DNA of 64,000 nt from Moniliella sp. 'wahieum' (Eukaryota): the NCBI GenBank assembly GCA_003971905.1, contig RSEE01000006.1, positions 372,001 through 436,000 of the forward strand. The letters run 5' to 3'. The translations under genes were made by a program, and so were the position numbers. This document shows, one piece after another, positions 53,942 to 64,000 of the stretch. How positions within the stretch are numbered: the first letter of the stretch is position 1; every line of letters begins with the position of its first letter. Under the pieces are notes generated by a model. The model did no database searches. It saw nothing but the letters and a program-made list of their open reading frames with translations, and was not told the DNA's origin.

Positions 53942-56342
53942 TCACGGTGACGCGTCACTGCGGCTTGGTACTGGCCTTGCCCAGATCGATCGAATCCATA
54001 TCCATGCCGTGGGCATACGAGTGAGGCAAGTTGGGGATCGTGGGCAGCGTTTGAGGGGACGAAGCATACGACGGTGAACCGTAGCCAGGCGAGCCATAAA
54101 TGGTAGGCGCACGACCGAATGCGGTTGGGCCTGCTGGTACCCACTGGGGTCGTTGGGCGTAGCAGGCTCCCAGTACATCTGCGGTTCCGGACTGGCGGGG
54201 TTGTTGGCAGAAGCGGCTAGATCGGGCGACCAGGATTGCCATGGTTCCCAGGACGCTTTGGGGTGGGTAGGGGTGGGCAAGGGCCCCTCGTCAAACAAGG
54301 TGTAGTACCCCTGCTCAGGTGTGCAGGGTGTGTAGGGTGTAGGGGACCTTGTTTCCTCGTCATGGGGAGGGACGAGGTGCGGTTGGGATGGTGAGGATAC
54401 CCTATAATCAGTGTCCACTGCATTATCGTCGTTGGTCGTAATTGGGATGGCAACAGCTCCTTCCGGAGGTTGATGAGGGGGGAAGACAGAAGACGTGCCG
54501 CCTTCTGCATTCTTCTCTGTTATCGGCGCATCTCTTGCCCATCATCCGTTGCGGGTTCCTCTTTTGCTACCCCCCTGCGAAGGCTATAGCCCTTGACCAA
54601 CGCACATGCCACCAGCCCAATCGCAGCCAGAGGTGTATCGACAATCCAGATCAGCCGCACCGCCAGACTATACTCGTACTGAGCTTGCTGGGACAGTTCG
54701 GGGGGCTGCAAGGTGCGGAGGTAGTGGACATCCGATAAGACTTTGGCCGGAGCGTCGGCTGGCAAACCAGCAATTTTCTTGGCCCGTCGAGTCCAATCCG
54801 AGTTGAGAAGCGCACCACCAATCGCAATGCCCATTGTCGTCGACAGCTCCCGCACAAAGAACATGGTTGCAAGTGTCGAGCCAATTTCAGCGACCGGCAT
54901 TGCAGCCGACAGGGCAATGATGGGGTCTGGTACAAACATCCCACCCCAATGCCCAGGATAGCAGGAAACACCTCTTGCAGCACCCGGCTTGTCTTGGAAG
55001 TCAGAATGCACATCAGAGCAAATCCCACCGTCATGAAACCAAATCCGATCCACAACATGAACCGGTACGCTCGTGCCTTGGTAATTGCGTACCCGGCCCC
55101 AGCTGAGACGAAGGAGGAGCAGACCAAGTAGGGAAGAGCATAGACGCCCGACATGAGCGCATTCGCGCCCGTCACGACCTGGTAAAAGTTGGGAAGGTAG
55201 TAGGTCACGTTGATAAAGGTGATGCCGTGCATGACCACTTGCAACAGCACGAGAAGGGTAGTGCGGGTGTGGAAGAGGCGACGAGCGACAATGGGTTGTC
55301 GCGTTGTCTTTGCGTTCCAAAAGCCAAAGATGATCATTAGCCCGCCGCCTGCGACGATTGTTGCAATCGTCTCGGTAGCTTCCCAGCCATTCGTCTCTGC
55401 CGTGGAAAACCCGATAAGGAAGAGGACCGCACCGCCGCTGATGAGAAAGAGACCGAGAAAATCAAACTCACGCAACAGCTGTCGCAGCGGCATTGTCGGT
55501 TTGGGGTTGAGATGAAGGCAAAAGACGAGCAGGACTTGGGCAATGCCACAAATGGGCACATTGATATAGAAACACCAGCGCCAGCTTGCCCATGTAGTTA
55601 ACGCACCTCCAAGTAACGGCCCTGCCACACTAGCCACCCCCAGCATGCTCCGATCCAGCCTGAATACTTGCCCCGCTCTTCCAGCGTCGTGATATCGGAC
55701 AGGATGATCTGGGAAAGACTGGAGATCGCCCCTCCTCCCAGACCTTGGACGGCACGAGCGACAATGAGCCAGTTGATGTTCTGCGCCGTACCTGCCAGAG
55801 CACTTCCAATCAAGAACAAGCCTACGCCGCCATACATGAGCGGTTTGCGGCCCACCATGTCGCTCAAACGGCCATACATGGGGTTTAATGTTGTGGTAGC
55901 CAGCATGTACGACGTGGCCACCCAGCTTGGCAGAGAGGCAAAGTATCATGTTAGTTACAACCACAACCCCAAACCAGAGGAACAGAGCCCAAGGGAGAAG
56001 ACATACGAGTAGCCCGCAGCCGTGGCATGCAGATCAGCTGCAATGGTCGGCAGGGCAGGGGCCACGACAGACTGGTCCAAAGCGGCAGCAAAAACACATA
56101 GCATCAAAGCAGAGAAGACGGCAAACATATTGTTGGGCGGGATAGCTTCTTCCTTTTCCATCTGCAGCCAATGGGTCTCCTTCTCGGGAAGCGATTTGCC
56201 TTGCTTGCTGGGTTGGGGCGATCCTATCGCTGTTGACGCCACCTCGGCGTCGTCGGAAGCGAGGAACATGGAGCGCGAGTCGACTGCATCGCCCAGGGTA
56301 TAGAAGGCGTGGTGAGGCGTGAGATTGAAGTGGTGGTGCCAT
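53942..56342 (-). CDS. MFS drug:H+ antiporter, DHA2 (14-TMS) family, with long C-terminal tail; intron 55926-56006
   Basis: FAAALDQSVVAPALPTI; GYS|WVATSYML; motif A YGRLSDMVGRK; ARAVQGLGGG; motif C GPLLGGALT; WRWCFYINVP. The tail continues after a frameshift near 54530. Confidence 0.9.
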
Positions 56343-57070
56343 GGTTGGGTCCGGTGGCGTAGACTTTTTGTGGCTGCAGTGGCAGCTGCCTCAGCGACGA
56401 CCGAAACGTCGAGGGTGTGTCGGGCAGCTTGGGGGGAAAGAACTCAGGGGAGTCCGTGGCAGGGTGCCGCGGTCTTTGCGGGCGTAAGGCGAACGCATTT
56501 CGCCAATGGGCTAGACGGTGACGGGAACGGGAGCGAGCGTCGGACTGATGAAAGAGCGAAAAACACGCGGTGGCGTCCAAGCAAGTGGTGCTGGTCAATG
56601 GTGGCGGGGAACAAGGATCCAAGATCTGTCCCAGCGCCGGTTGGGGCTGTTCCACAAGTGCGCACTGGTTGGGTATATGCAGAGAGTCTCAGTGGCGAGA
56701 TTCGAGCGAGGCGAGCTTAGCCGTCGCGAAAGCACCCTGAGATCCTGGGAGGTCTGCCTGAAGATGAGAGAGGAGTGCATTGCTTCCGTTAGTTAAGCCC
56801 CTGGCCGCCCGCCACACCGGCGCGGTATCAGCAGTGGCAGGCGCTGCGCGAAAATATATTGTTGCGCTACCGGCAAAACCCAACTATATGGGTAAGGCTC
56901 TTGCCCGTCTTAGTACGGTTGGTAATTACCTCCCTCCAGCCTGTCGTGCCCTTTTGGCCCTCTGGCCGGCCTGGCATGCAATGTGTATCATCGAATCACA
57001 GTACTCGCTGCATGACTGCTTTGGCCAGGCGACTCCAAATCAATTGAGAAACAGGAGACCCGAAAGCAGC

Positions 57071-57076
57071 AAAAAA
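57071..57076 (-). terminator. RNA polymerase III terminator (T6) of the tRNA
   Basis: TTTTTT on the minus strand 4 nt after the discriminator base. Confidence 0.75.
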
Positions 57077-57080
57077 TAAG

Positions 57081-57176
57081 TGCTAGAAATGGGACTCGAA
57101 CCCACAACCTTCAGAGACCTTGCGTACGTAATGTACACACTTAAGTCTGACGGCTCTACCATTGGCCCATCCTAGC
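57081..57176 (-). tRNA. tRNA with UAA anticodon (Leu), 23-nt intron 57117-57139, short variable loop
   Basis: Cloverleaf: acceptor GCTAGGA/TTCTAGC + A73; D-arm GGCC-AATGGTAG-AGCC; anticodon stem TCAGA/TCTGA with loop CT-TAA-G^C; V-loop AGGTT; T-arm GTGGG-TTCGAGT-CCCAT. Confidence 0.88.
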
Positions 57177-57451
57177 ATTTTCTTACGTCCGAATCTTTCC
57201 TGATTTTACCATGAACCGTCATGCATGTAAGAAAAGAGGGACTCGTAATCTAGTTGCATGTCACATGCAACAGAGAATACCATGGAAAAGGGGTTGCCAG
57301 TTGATAGACCTGAATACCTACCCGACCACCTTTACGCTTTGGGGGGGGGGAACTACCTGCACCTCGCACGACGTGCCTCACGATCCCCACCTCGCATCTC
57401 GCATCTCGCACTAAGCTGTCCACCCCCGTTCCTCATCGCCCATCATGCACC

Positions 57452-58004
57452 ATGGCCTCTGCTCCCCAATTGGAGGGCCCAGGTGCATGCCCCGCCCCCG
57501 ACCACCGTGCGCAAACGTCCGACGTGACCGACATCAAGGACAACGAGGTGGAAGGCTACGCTCTCAAGCACGATCTTCTGGTGGGCATTTTCGACGTCGA
57601 TTTCGAGCGGCCATCCCCTATTCACGAAGAAGCCACATCTATCTCCATTGCTCTTATACCGGCCGCGATATTCTAGCCTGTAGAGCCAAGAAAGGGGCAG
57701 GCAAGGCAGGCGCCTACGTCATTAGTCATTCCTCTCCTCGAAAAGGTCAACCCTCGGAAAAACAAGATCCAAAGCATTGTCCTTGTGCCCGCCCGGGAGC
57801 TTGCGACGCAGACCTCTCCCAAGTTACCAAGTCGCTCGGAAAGCACATGGGTGTGTTGAGGTGATGGTTACCACGGGCGGGACCACAGTCTCAAGGACGA
57901 CCTTCTCGTCTCTCTCAGACGGTCCGGGTCCGGGCCGGATTCTCGACTTGGACTTGGCTGGCAAGGGGCCTTGCCGATCTGTCCCGTGCCACATTCTCAT
58001 CATG
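57452..58004 (+). pseudogene. DHH1: Degenerate, 3'-truncated copy of DEAD-box helicase Dhh1/DDX6
   Basis: WRAQVHAPP.DHRAQTSDVT..KDNEVEGYALKHDLLVGIFDVDFERPSPIHEEA...TGRDILA.RAKKGAGKAGAYVI...LEKVNPRKNKIQ...VTKSLGKHMG.VEVMVTTGGTT...PGRILDL..AGKG...CHILIM; similarity stops there. Confidence 0.8.
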
Positions 58005-59583
58005 TGGGCTTGGTTCTCTCTATGCTTGAGAAAGAGTACTGACCTTGTTGACCCGTTTCCGAGGCCTCTCCTTGTTCATCAGTAGAACCCGTCATGCTTA
58101 TGGCCCAGTTAGGCGTGTGCGGGTGTCCGCCTTTTGCCCCAGCCGAGCATCCACACGTAGTACTCACCATGTCTCCTTTCTGCCCTGTTCGTCCCCGCTC
58201 CCAACGTCCTCTTGATTCACTTGGGACGACGTGGAGGGCGCAGGCCATTGTGTCTCTTGTCAAATGGACAAAGGAGGTTGCGTGCTCCGCCCCCTGTGAA
58301 GCTGCGCTCCCAACAGAGCATATTGCGCTCCACCCCTCTTCTGGTGGGGGCCTTGCGCCTATAGCGCTGCGTGTGGGCGCGGATGGACTGTATGGGATAG
58401 ATGGCAGCGTAGCCCGCTGGGGCCAGCAAGGCAAGGGGTGGCGTGGATGAGAGGCCACGAAAGGTTCATAAACCAGCGTCGGCCCTGTGTGACATGTGAC
58501 ATTGCGACATCACTTGTGACATGTGACTGTCACCGCATGCGACACGCACCTGTCTGCCTGCCACGGCTGTCGCACGTCCCCGCCTCCACATCGTCCGCGT
58601 TGATGCAGTTGCTGTTTAGTACGGTTAGCGCTAAGCTAAGCCTGCTGCCCCAGAGAATCGCGCGTGCCGCCGGCCCCGCAAGTTGCGCGCTGCTACGCCG
58701 TGCTGCCCCAGGCTGCACCCTGCCACGCGTGCCAGGTACGCCAGTACGCAGTACGCGCTGGTACGCGGGGCCTACGCCACGCGTCTCGCCCGTCAGCTCG
58801 GCAATCGTCAGCGGACCGGATGGCCCGATCACTCGATCACCCGCTTGGCTGGCGTGAGGCTTAGCTGGAAGCTTATTGAGACCTCAGATGGTCCGTGCAG
58901 GGTTGGTGCCTGCCAGCTGTCAGCGGCTCAGCAGCGCTCCGCTGCGCTTGATCGATCCTTGATCGCAGCTGCGTGCGCTGGGGCAGCTCGGCGATCGCCT
59001 GGCGCTTGTGGGTGGCCAGTGATTAATGATTAATGGATTGGCATCACTCGCTGCGCGCTGGCGCTGCTGGATGTCACCGGTCACCGGTCACCCGTGCACA
59101 GCGCCACACGAGTCTTACGTAGGCCAGGGCCGCCCAACACTGGCGCCGTGCATGGGCCTCGGCGGGTCTGCTGCAGGGGGGAAATGCCGAGTAGAATCCA
59201 TTGATCGATGATCGGTGGGCTCAGCTGCACCCAGCAACTGGGCGCACCCTGGCATGCTGGATGCGCTGCCATAATGCATAAGCGCTAAGCTTAGCACTCC
59301 GCTCCGCCCCCAGCGAATGCTCCCCGCCGTTCGCTTCGCGGCCTGCCACTCCGTCTCCTTCCTCAGCCGCCGCCCCAGTCCTCTGCCCCAGTCCTCTGCC
59401 CCCGCCGTCCTGCCTGTCCCCAGCACCGCCTGCCCCGCCCTCGCCAGCCTGAGGCCGCCGCGCCTCGGCAGCACCCCCCACAATGGCTGTGCCCGCACCC
59501 GCACCCGCACCCTCACCACCTCCATCGCAGCCGCAGTCGCCTTCCCCTCCCCCTCCCACTCCCACTCCCCCGCCCCAGTGGCC

Positions 59584-62219
59584 ATGCCCGCCGGCATGCC
59601 CGCACCAGCGCCATCCATGCGCGCCGCGCCAGCAGCTCAGCGCCGTCGTCCCGTCCCCTCCGCCCCCCCCGTCGGCCCGACGAGTATGACTCGGTCGTCG
59701 CCATGGCCCACCCCTCCCACCCCCACCACGCCCACTATCTCGCCCAGCGCCTCCCCAGCGCCTCCCCACCCGCCCCCCATCCCCACTCCACCCCACCTCC
59801 TGTGTCTCGCCACCCCCGTCCCGCCGCGACCGCCCGCGTGACCCGCGCCGGCAGCGCTTGCGTGAGCAGCAGCAGCGCCAACAGCAGCGCCATCGGCGCT
59901 CCCACACCTCGCCCACGGACTGGTCCAGCCAGCTTCCCTCGAAGACCAGGCTTCGGAACCGTCGGACCCCGACAGCAGTGTGGCCGCCGTTCTTGCCGCT
60001 GCTTTGACCCCGGTCACCCTCAGTGGCGTCGCACAGCACGCTACTCACACCCATGCCCATCCGCCTGCCCATGGCCATCCTCGCGCCCCCGTCTCCCGTG
60101 CCCGTACCCGAGTCCGTGCCTCTGCACCTCCTACCGTTTTGCCTATCGCCATCCCCGACCTGCCTGAATCCAGGCAAGCCAACACCTCCATCTCCTTCCT
60201 TCCTTCCGCGCCGAGGGGCAACTCCTTTTCTTCCCGTCAAACCAGCAGAACGGATGAGCAGGTCGAGTCGGACGCTGAACCCCCCATGACAGGCAGCAGG
60301 CCCAGGCACAGCGACCTGGCGCGCTCGGCCTCGGTTTCCGCCTCGGTCTCGGCCTCGGTTTCGGCATCGAATACTTCCTCCAAGCTTCGGTTTGCTGACC
60401 TTCCCTTGGGCGACCGAAACTCCCGCGCCGGAACCGCGCCTACGCCCAATTCGACGGCAACTGTGCCCGCTTCTGCTTCTCCACGGACGCCTGGCCATGG
60501 GGAGAACCGGAGAAACACGAGCTCTATATGGCCAACACGTACTTTATTCCTCGCCGCATCGCTCCCATTGCGCCGCCGACTTCCTACATTGCCCCGCGGA
60601 GAGAGAGGAGTGTATCCTCTTCCTCCGCGTGGGGGTTTTCGGTTCGGCGTTGTCCCTCTCCTCGGGTGGGTCCCACGGTTCGGCCGGATCGGCGAAAACG
60701 TGCCAACAGTGAAATCAGGCCCTCCTCGGCTTCGAGTCACCAATCTGCCAATCCGGACCCTCCCGCCCGGCGTTCGGGCAAGACCAACCTTCCCGCCTCT
60801 CTTTCCACGCCCAGCTCGCCCATACCGGCTCTTATCTCGCGCCTGACCCATTGGCGGCGCCGGTCGCAGAACGTGGGGACGTGGATATGGAAAAAGTGGG
60901 ATTGGGATTGGGATCGGGACTGGGCTTGGGACTGGGCTTGGGAATGGGAATGGGATTGCCCTCCTCACCGCGCAGCGAGGCGGAAGAAGGTGGTGGGGCA
61001 GCATCGGACGAGATGGAGCACATTCAGGACCCACCTGGCCCCTGAGAAGCTTCCTGACGTGAACCTCGCCTCGCCCTCGGACCACTCTCCGGGACCGATC
61101 TCGCCCCCGCCTCGGCCCCGTACCTTCTCTCGCCCCTCACCCCGCCCCACCTGTCCTCCAGCTCGAAAAAGGGCAAAAAGGTCCCTCCCCCGCTCACGTT
61201 GGCATCACGACGGTCGGTGCACCTTGGCAGCTTGCTGGGACCGCGTCCTTCGTCCATGGTCCTGGACAAGGACAAAGACAAAGACAAGGACAAGGACAAG
61301 GACGTGTGGGGCCCAGGAACGATTTACAAAACGCTCTCCCCGCGCTTGGAATTGGAGCAGGACAATAATAACGAGCCAGATCCGATCCTTGCCCGTCGTC
61401 CCGCTCCTTTCCTCTCGCACACCCGCGGTTTTTCCCTTGATAACCGCGCATCCACTCCCGTCGTAACCCCCCCCCCTCCCAGCGTCGGCTTCGGCTTCGG
61501 CTTCGGCTTTCGCTTTGGCGCCTGTCCCCAACGCACCCCATCCATCTTATGCCCCGTTTCCTATGGCACGGCATGCCAGGCATCCGCCCCCCCCTTCATC
61601 GCGTCCCTCTGCCTCTGTCTCTGCCTCTGTCTCTGCCTCTGTCTCTGCTCTGTCTCTGCCTCTGTCTCTGCCTCTGCGTCCGCATCTGCCTCTGCCCCTG
61701 CCTCGGCCTCTGCCTCTGCCTCGGCACCTTGCACCACCCACCCTCCACCTGCGCCGGTACCACCCCGATGCTCGTGTCCCCGCCGGGTGCCTTGCTAGTC
61801 TGGCCCCAGCCCGGCGCTCAGGCTCGGGGTGCGCAAGTGGTTCGGGCCTAGCTGTGTCGGTTGACGCCATGGGCACTTGCGCAGCATCGCCCGCGCCTGG
61901 CCCCACGCTCTCCACGCACACCCAGGCGGGGCGGTAGCGCTAACCGGTCTCGGCTTCCCCCACGTCAATGCCAATGGCAATGCCGGTGCCGGTTGCCAGT
62001 GCCGGTGCCAGTGCCATGTTTGGACGGGCCCGGGCGTGGTGCAAGCCAGCGGAAGCGGCTGGACGGGACATGGATGCGTTTGAGGCGATGCTGCGCGGGT
62101 TGACCAGGCCGACAAGGCCGTTCGCGCCCACGTTGTCGCGCAGCACGTGCATGCCACTCGGTCCACCTGAGGCTGAGGTCAGGCCTGATGCAGCCTACCG
62201 CATTGGCCATGCCAGCTGA
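59584..62219 (+). CDS. Hypothetical low-complexity Ser/Pro/Ala-rich protein, frameshifted
   Basis: Chain of overlapping + strand ORFs with dipeptide repeats, ending MDAFEAMLRGLTRPTRPF...YRIGHAS*, followed by a T-rich 3' region; no domain recognised. Confidence 0.45.
61606..61725. repeat. (T/C)CTCTG hexamer repeat
   Basis: ctctgcctctgtctctgcctctgtctctgcctctg... Confidence 0.85.
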
Positions 62220-63059
62220 CGCGTTGACGTACCGCGCCATTTGGCTGGACTAAGTATTACTTTTTCTTCTTTTCCTTTTTTTTTCTTTTTCGTTCTCGTT
62301 TTCGGTCTTTGTCTCTCTCCCCTCTCTCTCTCTCTCTGTTGCGAACCCTGTGGGGGCCCAGCTTGCCTCCCTCCTGCTCCCCTCTGGAGCAGGGTATTGA
62401 TGGGGCAGGCGGGCCCAAGCGTTCGTACCCACTACTGTTTTTTTCCTCCCCCCCCCCCTCTCTCCCTCTCTCTCCCTCTCCTGTCTCTCGTTCTCCCCCG
62501 TGCCGTTTTACACCCTAGTTACTGTTGGTGCGGCGGGGGGGGGGGGGGGGCTGCGTCTTCCTCTCGCATATACTATTTTGCCTCGTCCTCGTGAGTCGGT
62601 TTCCTGTTTTTTGTTTTTGGCTCTCGTTGCCCTCGTTGGCTTGAGGCCGGTGACCGGTGAGGGGATGACTAGTGACGCTCAGGCTGAGCACCTGTCTCCC
62701 TCTCGATCGCGGGGTAGGGGCGGTGCCGCTCTGTGTCGTGCCCCACACTCGGTCTCGTGCCATTGCATCTCTTTCTTCTCCCTATCGCATTCGTCGCGGG
62801 GGCAGGGCCTTTGGGCTTTGGGCACGCCGGTCGCTCTCCCTTGCCTCCCTCTCCTCGCCGTACTGGACAGACATCAGATCGTGAGATGGTGAAACCCAGA
62901 GGAAACCCTATGGAGTAGGGTGGAAGTCCTCGGGAGATGGAGATGTAGAGACCTAGCTACTAACTGTGCAAATGGCCTTAATGGGCGTCAGACGCACGCC
63001 GTACCAAGGGCAGCCCTTAGTTGGCCTACTAGGCGCGTATCTCTATATTACTCCACGCT

Positions 63060-63574
63060 ATATGCAGCCCTGCTCCGCACTGGAGGCTGGACTCGTTTTC
63101 CCCGGCCGTGGGAGTCGCTCCAGCTACCGCGTTCTTCGGTCGTCGGATCCGCCATCCGGCCTACGTCACGGTGCATCCGCTCGCTAGCACTCGTCCCCCG
63201 GATCCAGCCATTGCCGCCGACGAGTACGCACTCGTTGCTGTTCTGCGGGACCGCATCGCCGAGCGCCGCGAGCTCCAGTAGAGTCGGACGAGGCACGCTC
63301 ATTTCGATGCCTCCATTCAGCGCATTCAGTTCATCACCGGCTCCTTGGTTCAGCAGCTGCTTGTTCGGCACACTTCGGACCATTTGGCGCCGTGTCCGCC
63401 AATGGACACCGCCTTTACGGGTCGACGGGGGGCGACAGGCACCGCCACGTATAGGTTGACCGACGCGACCGGCCTCGTTGTCTCCGAGATAGCCCTGGCT
63501 CCGTCCGCTCCCTTCTCCTCCGGATGATGTCGAGTCTTCCGTTGCCTATTCCTACGCAAGCTAAGGGGAGGGCA
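63060..63574 (+). mobile_element. Ty3/Gypsy integrase C-terminal relic plus polypurine tract
   Basis: Frame GVAPATAFFGRRIRHP...LRDRIAERRELQ*...HFDASIQRIQFITGSLV...(shift)QWTPPLRV...ATYRLTDATG with an in-frame TAG; then PPT AAGGGGAGGG at 63563-63572 and TG at 63575 (putative LTR start). Confidence 0.6.
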
Positions 63575-64000
63575 TGGTAATATAGTTTCTGTCGCCACAC
63601 ACGCGGCTGGCTAGGTCTTCTTCATTTAGCTTTCCAGAAGGTTTTTTTCTTATTGGAGCAATGTCTGTATCTGCCTCACCACCACTGTATCCCGCTCCCA
63701 CTTATGCTCGATACTCCTTCTCTCTCTCTCCGCTATATCTCGCGTCTGCATCGTAGAGACTGTTGCGTCTCGCCTGCGTTCGACATACTCTTGCGTCGCT
63801 ATACACCATCATGCATGCAGCTGATCACGCATCATGCATCGCGCGTCCTACCCGACTCACCCCTATGTTCTGCCCCTAATGGGCTCCACTCTTGGAATAG
63901 ATCTTCACAGCTTCTCTCTCTTTCTCCTCTCTGTTGACCTTTTGCATTCTTTAACAGTGCGCCCTTCCTTCTGGGTCAGATACCCCTACCCCATCATGGA

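Noticed and set aside
57081..57176. Reading the tRNA as a mis-sequenced tRNA-Lys or tRNA-Phe
   Set aside because: It would need several coordinated errors. G37/C38 and the self-consistent GGC/GCC D-stem fit Leu-type loops; Lys needs A37-A38 and Phe normally has G20. Not fully excluded without polishing.

Overview
Eukaryotic, GC-rich, gene-dense fungal DNA. The short, sparse introns with GTGCGT/GTACGT/GTATGT donors and CTRAC branch points suggest a basidiomycete, probably Ustilaginomycotina-like (inference). Nearly every long gene is broken by 1-nt indels, most simply explained as an unpolished long-read assembly, so the CDS spans below are stitched across frames and their ends are approximate. 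Recognisable genes in order: Ubl-BAG co-chaperone, YKT6, ASH1-like SET methyltransferase, F-box protein, Itc1/ACF1-like ISWI subunit, Ufd4/TRIP12 HECT ligase, NADP-GDH, RRP5, CDC20-like WD40 protein, DH-PH-FYVE RhoGEF, SAC3, DUF952 protein, V-ATPase subunit a and a DHA2 MFS transporter. There are also several hypothetical genes, two Ty3/Gypsy relics and a decayed DHH1 copy. The most striking observation is an intron-containing tRNA with a UAA (Leu) anticodon but a short 5-nt class-I variable loop and a tRNA-Lys-like body. Other oddities: a YKT6 start codon split by an intron and followed by an 8-nt micro-exon, a CDC20 homologue with no visible C-box or IR tail, a (Gln-Ala)n tract in Itc1, and short tandem motif arrays in many promoters. 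No database searches were run; all homology calls are from recognised motifs.
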